Assembly: GCA_964415885.1 (NCBI GenBank)
Contig: CAYQCE010000003.1
Location: 922 to 64,921, forward strand
DNA: 64,000 nucleotides
Direction of reading: 5' to 3'
From: an uncultured Ignavibacteria bacterium
GTDB lineage: Bacteria; Zixibacteria; MSB-5A5; JAABVY01; JAHJOQ01
A model generated the notes under the pieces. It was not told the DNA's origin. It saw only the letters and a list, made by a program, of their open reading frames with translations, and ran no database searches. Of the stretch, positions 1 to 11,799 are shown one piece after another; within the stretch, counting starts at the first letter, position 1; each line of letters starts with the position of its first letter. A program made the translations under genes and the position numbers.

Positions 1-1
1 C

Positions 2-292
2 GGTCGTTACTGGGAGGCCGGTTACGAGGACATCAACCGAACTCAGCGAATCGACCACGAGCGACGAATCAGGTTCATCAATCTGCCGTACACATGCACG
101 GTAAAGATATACACTCTGAGCGGAGACCTGGTTGAGCAACTCGAGCATCCCGGCTCGACTTCAGAAACGGATTCTCGCATCTCCTGGAACATGCGATCGA
201 GAAACAACGAGCTGGTCTCATCCGGGATATATCTTTACTCCGTGGAATCGCAGTGGGGCAACTGGGTAGGCAAGTTCGTTATTATCCTGTAG
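2..292 (+). CDS. 3' end of a secreted protein with a T9SS-type/FlgD-Ig-like C-terminal domain (partial)
   Basis: Not in the ORF track. Frame +2 is open from the window edge to TAG 290-292 and reads ...IRFINLPYTCTVKIYTLSGDLV...SWNMRSRNNELVSSGIYLYSVES...GKFVIIL*, the pattern of FCB-group C-terminal sorting domains. Confidence 0.8.
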   Translation, partial: GRYWEAGYEDINRTQRIDHERRIRFINLPYTCTVKIYTLSGDLVEQLEHPGSTSETDSRISWNMRSRNNELVSSGIYLYSVESQWGNWVGKFVIIL

Positions 293-320
293 CTGAAGAC
301 TGAAAGCTACAAATAGATAT

Positions 321-360
321 AGAGGCGGCGGAGATGATTCTCCGGCGCCTCTCCTTTTTA
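321..360 (+). terminator. Intrinsic terminator
   Basis: Hairpin AGAGGCGGCGGAGA-TGAT-TCTCCGGCGCCTCT followed by CCTTTTT, just after the partial CDS. Confidence 0.65.
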
Positions 361-396
361 TCTCTCTTTCTCGTTCTTTCGAGCCACGCACAGGGT

Positions 397-504
397 TCAT
401 TCGAAGAAACGCTTGTACAAATCAATGAATACGCCGTTGGTCCATCCGAAGCCTTGCTGCGTCGGGTAGCGATCGTGAATCTCGCGAAGAGTATCTTCCG
501 GCAT
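397..504 (-). pseudogene. Remnant of the C-terminus of a GH37 trehalase (35 codons)
   Basis: Manual translation MPEDTLREIHDRYPTQQGFGWTNGVFIDLYKRFFE* contains the trehalase-like motif YPxQxGFGWTNGV; an in-frame TGA lies just upstream. Confidence 0.6.
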
Positions 505-623
505 GACTCACCTCGCATACACTTTTCTCACGATGACAGCTGCCATTGCAACTGTAATGCCTGGATGACCGCCCGCTGGATCTGCTCTCGTTAAACTGGC
601 TGATTGGAGGCCGGATGTCAAAC

Positions 624-652
624 AAAAGCGGGACGGCCCATGACCGTCCCGC
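624..652 (-). terminator. Intrinsic terminator after gdhA
   Basis: Perfect 9-bp stem GCGGGACGG/CCGTCCCGC with a U-tract on the minus strand. Confidence 0.75.
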
Positions 653-681
653 AAACTGACGTCGTATCACAAAATGTCGGA

Positions 682-2028
<1,347 letters not shown>

Positions 2029-2105
2029 TCACTCCTTACTTCAAAGGACGAATTGAAACAAACATGTAAGTTTATCGTTTCTTACCTTACTATCATCAAC
2101 CAGCC

Positions 2106-3428
2106 TTATGCATACAAGCCACGAAGCTCTGCCGCCTCAGTGACTCGTTTGATACTCACTATGAATGCCGCTGTTCGCATCGGCACCTCGTACTGCAGTG
2201 AAGATTGAAGAACCTTCGAAAAGGCGTCCTCCATGATCCGTTGCAGGTCCTCCTGAATCCTCTGCTCGGTCCAGTAGTAACCCATCCGGTTCTGAACCCA
2301 TTCGAGGTAGGAAACTGTCACGCCACCGGCATTGCACAGGATATCCGGGATGATGAACGTCCCCTTCTTCTCGAGAATGTCGTCAGCTTCCGGCGTACAC
2401 GGACCATTGGCGCACTCCGCAATGAGTTTGGCCTTAACGCGCCTGGCATTCACTTTCGTGATCTGATTCTCCAGCGCCGCCGGGATGAGCAGATCGACAG
2501 GAAGCTCGAGCAGCTTCATCGGATCGTCCATCTTCTCAACCGGAGCATGCTTGTCGAAATCCTTGAGAGAACCGTGCTCTGCTACGTAAGTCGCGGCCAT
2601 CTGCGCATCGATTCCCTTCTTGGATATAAACGCACCGTCGACATCAGAAATGGCCTGTATTATACAGCCGTCCCGCTTCAAAAGACGCGCAGCAAATGAA
2701 CCGGCGTTGCCGTAACCCTGTACTGCAACGGTTGCACCTTTCAGCGGTGCACCCATGTGCTCAAATGCCTTGCGCACACAGTAGACCATGCCCTGCGCTG
2801 TTGCGGACATTCGACCATGCGAGCCACCTATCTCGAGCGGCTTTCCGGTCACAACTGCGGGTATGTGACGCCTGCGATGCATGGAGTACGTGTCCATGAA
2901 CCATGCCATAATCTGGGGATTGGTATTGACATCAGGTGCGGGAACATCGGAATCGGGTCCGAACAGATCTATCATTTCGGCGAAATATCTTCTCGCGAGA
3001 CGTTCCAGTTCGCCGAGAGACAGCTTCTTCGGATCAACTACTATGCCGCCCTTGCCGCCCCCCATTGGAATTCCTACGACCGCGCACTTGTAAGTCATCC
3101 AGAATGCCAGCGCTTTCACCTCATCGACCGTCACGCCCGGATGAAACCGAACTCCCCCCTTGGCCGGTCCGCGTCCTACATTATGCTGAACACGGATGCC
3201 GTGAAAGACCTCCACCGAGCCATCATCCATTCGGATCGGAAGCTTGCACTCGGTTATCTTTCTCGGTTCTTTTATTACTGCTGTTTGATTGACGGTGAGA
3301 TCCAGGAGCTTTGCGGCTCTGTCAAACTGAGCCATCGCATTTGCGTATGCCGAGGCCTTGTCGGTCAAATGTCGTCCGGACTGCGACGAGCCTTTGCTTG
3401 TGGATGGCTTCTTTTCCTTCTGCGGCAC
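2106..3428 (-). CDS. Glu/Leu/Phe/Val dehydrogenase (GudB/RocG-like glutamate dehydrogenase)
   Basis: GPAKGGVRFHP, GGGKGG, DVPAPDVNT, VVTGKP, QGYGNAG, IPDILCNAGGVTVSYLEWVQN. Confidence 0.9.
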   Translation of the reverse strand: MPQKEKKPSTSKGSSQSGRHLTDKASAYANAMAQFDRAAKLLDLTVNQTAVIKEPRKITECKLPIRMDDGSVEVFHGIRVQHNVGRGPAKGGVRFHPGVTVDEVKALAFWMTYKCAVVGIPMGGGKGGIVVDPKKLSLGELERLARRYFAEMIDLFGPDSDVPAPDVNTNPQIMAWFMDTYSMHRRRHIPAVVTGKPLEIGGSHGRMSATAQGMVYCVRKAFEHMGAPLKGATVAVQGYGNAGSFAARLLKRDGCIIQAISDVDGAFISKKGIDAQMAATYVAEHGSLKDFDKHAPVEKMDDPMKLLELPVDLLIPAALENQITKVNARRVKAKLIAECANGPCTPEADDILEKKGTFIIPDILCNAGGVTVSYLEWVQNRMGYYWTEQRIQEDLQRIMEDAFSKVLQSSLQYEVPMRTAAFIVSIKRVTEAAELRGLYA

Positions 3429-3462
3429 TACCTGCTTCCTTATTCGTGACGGTTCGCCTTCA

Positions 3463-3506
3463 CGTGAAATAAATCACGAATTTACAATTATGGCTGGAAA
3501 AGTCAA
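3463..3506 (-). promoter_or_regulatory. Sigma70-like promoter with an adjacent palindromic operator
   Basis: Minus strand TTGACT-N16-TAAATT followed directly by CGTGA-N6-TCACG (3463-3478). Confidence 0.5.
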
Positions 3507-3625
3507 GCGTTTCCGGCACAATCTTCAGCGTTTCAGGCAGATTTTTGGCGGGTCAGACCAAGTGGATCAGAAAATCGAATTTTCGGTGGAGACCCATAGT
3601 TTCAATTGGCAGATAGAAATCTGGC

Positions 3626-4507
3626 TCAGCCCAGATTATTGAGTCTTTTGCAAGCTTGAAGCGTGTTGGAGAGAAGCATGGCAATCGTCATGGGTCCGAC
3701 CCCACCGGGAACCGGTGTGATGTAGGAAGCTCTCTTCTCGCACGATTCAAAATCGACATCACCTACGATACGATACCCTTTCTTCTTCGTCGCATCATCT
3801 ATTCGGTTTATCCCGACATCGACGACTATTGCGCCGTCCTTTATCATATCGCCGGTCAGGAACCGGGCTTTGCCCATTGCGGCGACAATCAAATCCGCGC
3901 GCTGAGTATGATCCGCCGTGTCCTTCGTTCCTGTGTGGCAGAGCGTAACCGTGGCATTCGCACCGTTCTTTAGCGAAAGCAGCACCGATAGCGGCTTTCC
4001 GACGATGTTACCTCTGCCGAGAACTACGGCGTGCTTGCCGGCCAGGTCGATATCATATCTATCCAGAAGCTCGATTATCCCTTTCGGCGTGCATGCTATG
4101 AAGGCATCGTGTCCCAGAAGCATCTTTCCTACACTTACCGGATGAAACCCGTCGACATCTTTGGCTGGGTCCATCAGAAGAATCATCTCCAGGCTGTTGA
4201 GCTGCGGTGGAAGAGGCTCCTGCACAAGAATGCCGTGAATGTCTTCTCGATTGTTCAATTCCTCGATCAGCTCGAGAAGCTCTTTCTGAGTGAATTCCTT
4301 GGGCCGCTCGATTACTTCCGAATAGAATCCGATCTTGCTACATGCTTTCGCCTTGCTCGAAACATATATCCTGGAGGCTGGATTGTCGCCGATTAGAACG
4401 GCCGCGAGTCCGGGCACGACACCGAATGAAGCGAGCTTCTTTGTTTCTTCCGCGAGTTCGGAAAGAATGTCCTTCGAGACCTGTTTACCGTCAAGTATCG
4501 TCGCCAT
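3626..4507 (-). CDS. folD: Bifunctional methylene-THF dehydrogenase/cyclohydrolase
   Basis: MATILDGK, KDVDGFHP, CTPKG, GNIVGKP, ITPVPGGVGPMT; start moved to ATG 4507. Confidence 0.95.
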   Translation of the reverse strand: MATILDGKQVSKDILSELAEETKKLASFGVVPGLAAVLIGDNPASRIYVSSKAKACSKIGFYSEVIERPKEFTQKELLELIEELNNREDIHGILVQEPLPPQLNSLEMILLMDPAKDVDGFHPVSVGKMLLGHDAFIACTPKGIIELLDRYDIDLAGKHAVVLGRGNIVGKPLSVLLSLKNGANATVTLCHTGTKDTADHTQRADLIVAAMGKARFLTGDMIKDGAIVVDVGINRIDDATKKKGYRIVGDVDFESCEKRASYITPVPGGVGPMTIAMLLSNTLQACKRLNNLG

Positions 4508-5372
4508 AATCATCTCCCCCGCCGCTGAATTCCTCATGCTCCTCCTCGAGTCCCTCCGCCGGGAGCTGGTATTCCTCGGGCATCTTGCCGTCGAACGGAA
4601 TTCGAAGTCGCTGGATCGAGATAGCCCTACCCGTCTCGTCATCGATATCCGCGAAGACCGCGCACAAGTGAATATCCCCATCTGCAACAGCGAATCGATG
4701 AGGAATCCCCTGCAGAAAACGCGGGATCACTGAACGATAACGCATTCCGATTACTCCGTCATGCGGGCCGGTCATACCGACATCCGTGATATAAGCCAGC
4801 CCCTCCGGAAAGATCTTCTCATCCGCCGTTTGTACGTGAGTATGCGTGCCTACAAGCAGCGAGGCGCGACCATCCAGATAATGGGCCATTGCCTGCTTCT
4901 CGGCTGTAGTCTCCGCGTGAATATCCACGACAACGATGTTCGTGCGCTCGCGGATCATGGCAAGCTCGCCGTCCATCGTACGGAACGGGCAGTCAATATT
5001 GCGGCCGAATACCCGACCCTCAACATTGACAACGCCGACACGTCTGCCGTCCGGCAGAGTATGTATCATTGAGCCGTAACCGGGTGCACCGGACGGGTAG
5101 TTTGCGGGACGGATCACCCTGTTTTCAGGGTCGTCCATGAACGGAAAGATATCCTGACGATCCCAGATGTGGTTGCCCGAAGTCTGGAAATCCGCGCCGT
5201 ACGACATTATCTTTCGGGATATGGGCTCCGTGAGCCCGAATCCGCCGGCGGCATTCTCGACATTCGCTATCGTGAAGTCTATCTCATGTTTCCGCTTTAC
5301 ATTCTTGAGGAGTTGTGAGACGACCCAACGCCCCGGTTTCCCCATAATGTCGCCAATAAACAGTATCCTCAA
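4491..5372 (-). CDS. ymdB: YmdB-family metallophosphoesterase
   Basis: ILFIGDI, NVENAAGG, TSGNH, DIHAE, GTHTHVQTAD, DVGMTGP; next to rny. Confidence 0.92.
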   Translation of the reverse strand: MRILFIGDIMGKPGRWVVSQLLKNVKRKHEIDFTIANVENAAGGFGLTEPISRKIMSYGADFQTSGNHIWDRQDIFPFMDDPENRVIRPANYPSGAPGYGSMIHTLPDGRRVGVVNVEGRVFGRNIDCPFRTMDGELAMIRERTNIVVVDIHAETTAEKQAMAHYLDGRASLLVGTHTHVQTADEKIFPEGLAYITDVGMTGPHDGVIGMRYRSVIPRFLQGIPHRFAVADGDIHLCAVFADIDDETGRAISIQRLRIPFDGKMPEEYQLPAEGLEEEHEEFSGGGDDYGDDT

Positions 5373-5384
5373 AATTCCACCGTT

Positions 5385-6956
5385 CTACTTCGCATAATCA
5401 ACCGCTCTGGTTTCTCTGATAACTGTCACCTTGATCTGCCCCGGATACTCCATCTCCGCCTGAATCTTCATCGCTATATCCGACGCCAGAATCTGCGACT
5501 TGGCATCATCTATTTCGTCATGCTCGACTATCACACGGATCTCGCGACCAGCTTGAATGGCAAAGGCTTTCGCGACTCCCTTGAACGAATCCGCGAGATC
5601 CTCGAGCTTCTCGAGACGTTTGATGTAACCCTCGAGCGGCTCGCGTCTAGCTCCCGGTCTCGAACCCGATACCGCATCCGCCGCCTGGACAAGCACCGAA
5701 TACGGCGTCTCCATCGGGATGTCCCCATGATGTGACGCAACGGCGTTGACTACCGCCGGATGCTCATTATAGCGGCCGAGGAACGCGGCACCGATTTCGG
5801 TGTGTGTACCCTCGGTCTCGCGATCGATCGCCTTGCCTATATCGTGCAACAGCCCGCATCGCTTGGCCAGATGAGCATCCAGACCAAGTTCTGCAGCCAT
5901 CAGGCCGCAGAGGATTGAGACCTCTTTGGCATGTTGCAAAACATTCTGGCCATACGATGTTCGGTAGTTGAGCTTGCCGAGAAGGTGCACGACATCAGAG
6001 TGGATATCGTGAATTCCAAGCTCGAAGCTCGCCTGCTCTCCGGCCTCGCGGATCATCATATCCATCTCTTTTTCGCATTTCTCGACGACTTCCTCGATAC
6101 GTGCTGGATGGATTCGTCCGTCGGAAACGAGCCTCTCGAGTGCCATTCTGGCCACCTCGCGGCGGATAGGATCGTAACCGGAGAGGATCACCGCCTCCGG
6201 TGTGTCATCGACTATGACATCGATCCCGGTGCAAGTCTCGAATGATCTGATGTTTCGACCCTCACGCCCGATGATTCGGCCCTTCATTTCGTCAGTAGGC
6301 AGCGACACGACCGAGACCGTGGTCTCGACCGTATGATCGGCGGCACACCGGTAAATCGCCTGCGTAATGATCTCGCGGGCTTCCTTCTCGGCAGTACGCT
6401 CTGCTTCTTCCTTGATCTCTTTGATCGTCGAGGCAGCCTCCATCTTGGCATGCCCGATCAGGTTGTCCATCAACTGCTGCTTTGCCTCGTCAGAGGTCAT
6501 GCCCGCTATCTTCTCGAGCTGTGCGTTCTGCTGTGAAATGAGATTGTTCAACTCATCTTCCTTAACCTGGATAGCCTTCTCGCGGGCCTTAAGGCTTCCC
6601 TCCAAGCTCTGGAAGTCTTTCTCTTTTTTGTTGAGTAGATCGACCTTGCGGTCTAAAGCGGTTTCTTTGTCGGCGAGACGTTTTTCGAGTTTTTGGAGGT
6701 CAACGCGCTTGTTTTGTATTTCACGCTCTAAGTTGACCTTGGCTTTGTACAGTTCATCTTTCGCTTCAAGTAGCGCCTCCTTCTTTCGCAACACTGCGTC
6801 ACGCTCGGCCTTATCGAGAATCTCCCTGGCCTGCTGCTCGGCATTCCCAAGCTTGGACACCCCGGCTTTGCGGATAAGAAGCCAGGTGACAAATGCTGCG
6901 ATGAAAGCGGCGGCGGCTGCGCATATGATCAGTACAGTCAGGCTAAATCCCTGCAT
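5385..6956 (-). CDS. rny: Ribonuclease Y
   Basis: N-terminal TM helix, coiled coil, KH ([13 protein letters not shown]) and HD (GLLHDIGKA) domains; GGAGG before ATG 6956. Confidence 0.96.
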   Translation of the reverse strand: MQGFSLTVLIICAAAAAFIAAFVTWLLIRKAGVSKLGNAEQQAREILDKAERDAVLRKKEALLEAKDELYKAKVNLEREIQNKRVDLQKLEKRLADKETALDRKVDLLNKKEKDFQSLEGSLKAREKAIQVKEDELNNLISQQNAQLEKIAGMTSDEAKQQLMDNLIGHAKMEAASTIKEIKEEAERTAEKEAREIITQAIYRCAADHTVETTVSVVSLPTDEMKGRIIGREGRNIRSFETCTGIDVIVDDTPEAVILSGYDPIRREVARMALERLVSDGRIHPARIEEVVEKCEKEMDMMIREAGEQASFELGIHDIHSDVVHLLGKLNYRTSYGQNVLQHAKEVSILCGLMAAELGLDAHLAKRCGLLHDIGKAIDRETEGTHTEIGAAFLGRYNEHPAVVNAVASHHGDIPMETPYSVLVQAADAVSGSRPGARREPLEGYIKRLEKLEDLADSFKGVAKAFAIQAGREIRVIVEHDEIDDAKSQILASDIAMKIQAEMEYPGQIKVTVIRETRAVDYAK

Positions 6957-7046
6957 GCAAACCTCCACCCCCGTGGGTAAAGACCCGGTTTATATCAAAC
7001 GTTGTTAAAGCAGAAAATGAGGACTATGGGAGGAACGGTATGATAA

Positions 7047-7376
7047 TCAACCGGATGGCGAAGAAGACAGTCTCTCTTCAAGCCGGCTCGCAAGATGACC
7101 TGCCCTCTGATTAACGCTGGATTTAAGCTCCTCGTTTTCTCGTCTCAACCTGAGAAGCTCGTCCGTAATGTTAAGCGCTGTCAGAACCGCGATATTCTTG
7201 GGCGACCTGTTTGATGATTTCTCCGCCACATCATGCATTCTTTGATCTACGTATTTTGCAATATCGAGAACAAGCTCGCGATACTCTTCCGCCTGAGCCT
7301 CATCCTCGAAGTCACCTTTAATGGGATAATCTTCCCCAAAAATGTGAACTTTTATTATCCGGTTATTTTCAGACAT
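7047..7376 (-). CDS. zapA: Cell division protein ZapA
   Basis: VHIFGEDYPI...IAKYVDQRM...IAVLTALNITDEL; usual pheT-zapA-rny context. Confidence 0.88.
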   Translation of the reverse strand: MSENNRIIKVHIFGEDYPIKGDFEDEAQAEEYRELVLDIAKYVDQRMHDVAEKSSNRSPKNIAVLTALNITDELLRLRRENEELKSSVNQRAGHLASRLEERLSSSPSG

Positions 7377-7425
7377 AGTATTTATCTGTAAAAACCTCTC
7401 ATACCCGCATATTCTGCGACAAGCA

Positions 7426-7454
7426 AACCTACCTGTTTGATAGATTTATGTCAA
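7426..7454 (-). promoter_or_regulatory. Sigma70 promoter for zapA-rny
   Basis: TTGACA-N17-TAGGTT on the minus strand. Confidence 0.55.
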
Positions 7455-7458
7455 GGTT

Positions 7459-7719
7459 TTATTTGATCTCGAGTTCCACCTTCTCGACCTGGCTGAGAAG
7501 CGATTCGAGGCGGTTCTTGACCTCTTTTTCACGCTCCGTATAGTCCGTAGCGATATTATCCTTTTCCGAGCGGAGCTTCTCATTCTCCATCTTCAGCGCT
7601 TCGTAGCGTTGTGAGAGTTCCCGGTTTTCGTTGCGAAGGTTCTTGTTGGCTTCCTCAAGTTCCTGTATACGAGCGACTACAGCTTCCACTCGCTCTTCAA
7701 GACGATTCAACTCCTCCAT
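7459..7719 (-). CDS. ZapB-like coiled-coil protein
   Basis: 86-aa coiled coil (LEERVEAVV...V..RLESLL) upstream of zapA, with a GGAGG RBS region. Confidence 0.7.
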   Translation of the reverse strand: MEELNRLEERVEAVVARIQELEEANKNLRNENRELSQRYEALKMENEKLRSEKDNIATDYTEREKEVKNRLESLLSQVEKVELEIK

Positions 7720-7748
7720 GTCAACCTGCCTTCATTTTCGGAATTTGC

Positions 7749-10133
7749 TTAGGTTCTAAGCTCGGCACCACATTTCTCGCCAAGCGCCTTGACAATAGCG
7801 TTATGAACCCGATCTATCTCTTCATCGGTCAATGTCTTTCTTATGGATCTATACTCGATCGAGAACGCGAGGCTCTTCTTACCTGCAGGCACCTGCTTCC
7901 CCGCGTAAACGTCGAAAAGAGAGATACTTTCGAGGATATCTCCCCCGTGCTCTTCAATTACTTCGCTCAACTGCCTTGCGAGCATCGCTTCATCGACTAT
8001 GAGGGCAATGTCACGCACGGATGACGGGTATCGCGGTACCGCTTTCACCACCCGCTCTTCGCTGAAGCTTTCGATCAGCATGTCGAGATCGAGCTCGGCA
8101 AAATAGACGGGCAACTCGATATCGTACGCATCCAGAGCCGATTGTGAGACCACCCCGCAGAATCCACAATCCGCTTCACCCAAACGGACATCGAATGACT
8201 TGCCCTTCTCAAAGAAGGGGTACTCCTTCGGCGTCAGTATCAGACCACCAAGCCCGAGGTCATCGGCAAGGATTTCGAGAACGCCCTTGAGATTGAAAAA
8301 ATCGTATTTCTCCGGCGGGCGATCCCAGCGAAGATCCGCTTCTTCCCCACAGAAAGCTATCGCGAGCCTGGCAGGTTCACAGGGCCGTGGATCGCCTTCT
8401 TTCGGAATGAAGACTTTTCCGATCTCGAAAAATGGGATATCGCTCTTTTTGCGATTCAAATTGTATGCGATAATATGCAGGAAGCTGTGCAGGAAATTCT
8501 GCCGAAGCACCGAAAGCTCTACTGACACAGGATTCAGCACTTTGATATGATTGTCGAGTCCGGACACGACTTTGTCCTTCGCAGGATCGATCATCGTGTT
8601 GGTCAGCGCCTCCACCATCCCCTGCGAGACCAGGAGCGCGCGCAGTACCCGGTAAAACCGCTCCTCCGGTCTTTCCGGAGTCACGAGCGACCCCGCAGCG
8701 GATTCGGACGATTTAATCTTGCCCACACCGTAGATTCGCGCAACCTCTTCGACGAGATCGATCTCACGGGTAACATCCGGCCTGAATGTGGGCACAGTTA
8801 CTCCCAATTCCTTACCGGGCTGAACCGCAAATTTTAGTCCGCTGAGTATGTCGATCATTTCCGGAACGGATATGTCCGTATCAAGTATCTCATTCACCCT
8901 GCCGGGACGAAGAGATATCTTGACGGGATTTATCTCCTTAGGATAGCAATCCACCTGTCCGGTGAGAACCTTGCCACCGGCGTATTCCTGAATCAAGCTC
9001 GCTGCACGATCACAAGCTCTGGGTACGCACTGCGGATCGGCGCCTTTCTCGAATCGAACCTGCGACTCGGATTGAATCCCGAGTTTTTTGCTCGTCCTTC
9101 TGATCGCAGTCGGATGAAAATAGGCACTCTCCAGCAGCACATTACTCGATTCCTCTGTCACTTCCGAGTCGAGTCCGCCCATTATGCCGCCGAGCGCAAC
9201 ATTCTTCTTCGAATCGGTGATCATTATCATACCTTCTTCGAGCGTCCGTTCGACATCGTCCAGCGTCCTAAACTTCTCTCCGGCCCTGGCGCTGCGTACG
9301 AGCACTTTGGGAGCGCTGAACAGATCATAGTCGAAGGCATGCAGCGGGTGTCCGTACTCCATCAAAACGAAATTCGTTATATCGACAATGTTGTTGATTG
9401 ACCTGACACCCGTAGAATAGAGATACTTCTTGATCCACCACGGTGTGGGGGCGATCTTCACGTTTTTGATCACTCGGCCCATATATCGAGGGCATAGCTC
9501 CGGGTCCTCGATATCTATCTCTACTGCATCCGCGGCCAAATCTGAAATCTCATTAAGTTCAATCGGTGGATGACAGACTTTGGTTCCCGCGAGAACCGCA
9601 ATCTCGCGGGCAATGCCGATAGCCGAGAGGCAATCCGGCCGGTTCGGAGTCAGATCGAATTCTATCAACCAGTCATCCAGATCGAGGGCTTGCCGGAGGT
9701 TGGATCCGACCTTAACTGTGTTGTCCAACTCGATAACGCCGGAGTGATCCTCGGATAGTCCGAGCTCGGATTCGGAGCAGATCATACCCTCGGATTTATG
9801 CCCAACTCTCTCCGCAACTTCCACTTTGATCCTATCCGGCAGTTCTGCACCGGGACCGGCGAATGCGACCTTCAATCCCGGGCGAACATTCGGCGCTCCG
9901 CAGATCGAGGTCATAGCACTCGAACCCGTATCAACCTCACATAAAGTAAGTTTATCGGAGGAATCGACCGGTTCGCACGAAACGACTTTCCCGACGATGA
10001 CCCCTGTGAAATTCGGAAAGAGTGGCCCGGTAACATAGCATTCCGTGCCGGACATGGTGAGCCTGTGTGCTAACTCCTCGGCATCCCAATCAAAGTCCAC
10101 GAGTTCTTTCAGCCAGCCGTAACATATCTTCAT
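7749..10133 (-). CDS. pheT: Phenylalanine-tRNA ligase beta subunit
   Basis: CGAPNV, SEGMICS, LTPNRPDC, RFEKG, REIDLVEEVARIYG, C-terminal GKKSLAF. Confidence 0.96.
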   Translation of the reverse strand: MKICYGWLKELVDFDWDAEELAHRLTMSGTECYVTGPLFPNFTGVIVGKVVSCEPVDSSDKLTLCEVDTGSSAMTSICGAPNVRPGLKVAFAGPGAELPDRIKVEVAERVGHKSEGMICSESELGLSEDHSGVIELDNTVKVGSNLRQALDLDDWLIEFDLTPNRPDCLSAIGIAREIAVLAGTKVCHPPIELNEISDLAADAVEIDIEDPELCPRYMGRVIKNVKIAPTPWWIKKYLYSTGVRSINNIVDITNFVLMEYGHPLHAFDYDLFSAPKVLVRSARAGEKFRTLDDVERTLEEGMIMITDSKKNVALGGIMGGLDSEVTEESSNVLLESAYFHPTAIRRTSKKLGIQSESQVRFEKGADPQCVPRACDRAASLIQEYAGGKVLTGQVDCYPKEINPVKISLRPGRVNEILDTDISVPEMIDILSGLKFAVQPGKELGVTVPTFRPDVTREIDLVEEVARIYGVGKIKSSESAAGSLVTPERPEERFYRVLRALLVSQGMVEALTNTMIDPAKDKVVSGLDNHIKVLNPVSVELSVLRQNFLHSFLHIIAYNLNRKKSDIPFFEIGKVFIPKEGDPRPCEPARLAIAFCGEEADLRWDRPPEKYDFFNLKGVLEILADDLGLGGLILTPKEYPFFEKGKSFDVRLGEADCGFCGVVSQSALDAYDIELPVYFAELDLDMLIESFSEERVVKAVPRYPSSVRDIALIVDEAMLARQLSEVIEEHGGDILESISLFDVYAGKQVPAGKKSLAFSIEYRSIRKTLTDEEIDRVHNAIVKALGEKCGAELRT

Positions 10134-11161
10134 AGCAACTGCTCCAGAACTCTCAGATCATTCTCGAAAAATCTTCTTATATCATCAATGCCGTGTTTCA
10201 GCATGGCGATCCGCTCGATTCCCATACCCCAGGCAAATCCGGAGTATTTTTCCGAGTCATAGCCGACAAATGCAAAAACCGCAGGATCAACCATTCCGCA
10301 TCCGAGAACCTCGAGCCACCCTGTGTGTTTGCATACCGGACACCCCTTCGCCTTGCAGAGGAAACACGTTATGTCGAGTTCGGCCGACGGCTCGGTGAAC
10401 GGAAAGTAGTTTGCCCGAAGACGTGTCTTGATATCCGAGCCGAAGAATTCGCGCACAAAACCTTCGAGCGTTCCCTTGAGATCCGCGAACGTAACCCCCT
10501 CGTCGACGTAGAGGCCTTCGATCTGGTGAAACAGGATATTCGATCGAGCTGAAATTGCCTCATTACGATAGCACTTTCCGGGTGCGATGATCCGCACCGG
10601 AGGCGGCTGCGATTCCATGACGTGTATCTGCACTGGCGAGGTATGGGTCCGCATCACCGTCTCGTCCGAGAGATAGAATGTATCCTGCATGTCGCGAGCC
10701 GGGTGATCCTTCGGTATATTCAGCGCTTCGAAATTGTAATAATCTGTTTCGGCGTCAGGACCGACTGCGATCTCGAAACCCATGCCGTAAAAAATCCGAC
10801 ACATTTCCTCGATGGCGATATTGACCGGGTGACGTCGACCGAGCTTGCGTTTTTTGCCGGGGAGGGTGTAGTCAAAAACCGCTTCGGTCTTTTTCAATGA
10901 ACCGGTCTTGCCGGCATCGAGATCGCTCTTCTTGTCTTTAACCCAGGCCTCGATCTGCCCTCGAACCTGATTGGCATACTTTCCAACCTCCTTCCGCTCT
11001 TCAACCGGAAGGTCTTTCAGGCCCCTCAGCATCGAGGTCAGCTCGCACTTTCTGCCAAGGTATTTTACACGCAACTCCTCGAGTTCAGCGGGAGTGCCGA
11101 TACTCTCGGAGTCACGATCAAATTGTTCTTTTAACTCTGTAATTCTTTCTTTTGCAGACAT
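10130..11161 (-). CDS. pheS: Phenylalanine-tRNA ligase alpha subunit
   Basis: HPARDMQDTFY, RTHTSPVQ, FHQIEG, YFPFTEPS, GFAWGMGIER. Confidence 0.97.
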   Translation of the reverse strand: MSAKERITELKEQFDRDSESIGTPAELEELRVKYLGRKCELTSMLRGLKDLPVEERKEVGKYANQVRGQIEAWVKDKKSDLDAGKTGSLKKTEAVFDYTLPGKKRKLGRRHPVNIAIEEMCRIFYGMGFEIAVGPDAETDYYNFEALNIPKDHPARDMQDTFYLSDETVMRTHTSPVQIHVMESQPPPVRIIAPGKCYRNEAISARSNILFHQIEGLYVDEGVTFADLKGTLEGFVREFFGSDIKTRLRANYFPFTEPSAELDITCFLCKAKGCPVCKHTGWLEVLGCGMVDPAVFAFVGYDSEKYSGFAWGMGIERIAMLKHGIDDIRRFFENDLRVLEQLL

Positions 11162-11182
11162 AGTTGCCGGGTGGTAACAGTT

Positions 11183-11536
11183 TTAGGCCGCTTCACGTAC
11201 CTTGTTCACTAACTGCTCAAAGGCTACAGTATCGCGCGCTGCTATATCGGCGAGCGCCTTGCGATTCAGATCGATACCGGCCCTGTTCAACCCGGCTATG
11301 AACTCGCTGTAACGCATGTCGAACATGCGGCATGCTGCGGAGATACGCGTGATCCACAGTCTGCGAAACTCCCGCTTTCTGTTACGGCGATCACGATATG
11401 CATAGGTTTGACCTTTGTTGACGGTCTCACGGACGGTGCGCCAGAGCTTCCTGCGACCGCCATAATTTCCTCTCGCCTTCGAGATGACTTTTTTGCGCCT
11501 ACGTCTCGAGGCGACGTTGTTCGTTGCGCGCGGCAT
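11183..11536 (-). CDS. rplT: 50S ribosomal protein L20
   Basis: [31 protein letters not shown]. Confidence 0.97.
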   Translation of the reverse strand: MPRATNNVASRRRRKKVISKARGNYGGRRKLWRTVRETVNKGQTYAYRDRRNRKREFRRLWITRISAACRMFDMRYSEFIAGLNRAGIDLNRKALADIAARDTVAFEQLVNKVREAA

Positions 11537-11584
11537 TATATCCTCCCCAGAAGTTTCTTACTTTGAATCGCGCCCGTGATCGGT

Positions 11585-11782
11585 CTACAGATACGGGATC
11601 ATCAGACGAACGCGCCGAGAATCTTCCTGTGACACGAGTGTGCCCTGGCGGAGATTACGCTTTCTCTTGCGCGTCTTCTTGGTCAAGATATGGCTCTTAT
11701 GGCCCTTCATTCTCTTTATCTTGCCGGTGCCGGTTTTTTTGAAACGCTTGGCAGCGGCTCTGTTGGTTTTCAGCTTCGGCAT
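11585..11782 (-). CDS. rpmI: 50S ribosomal protein L35
   Basis: [24 protein letters not shown]...HILTKK. Confidence 0.97.
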   Translation of the reverse strand: MPKLKTNRAAAKRFKKTGTGKIKRMKGHKSHILTKKTRKRKRNLRQGTLVSQEDSRRVRLMIPYL

Positions 11783-11799
11783 ATTACCACCCGTCTTTC

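Noticed and set aside
334-594. 86-aa ORF resembling a signal-peptide protein
   Set aside because: It starts inside the terminator hairpin and its hydrophobic start comes from the pyrimidine tract.
6957-7046. 6S RNA, often found between zapA and rny
   Set aside because: The gap is only about 90 nt and shows no long rod-like pairing.
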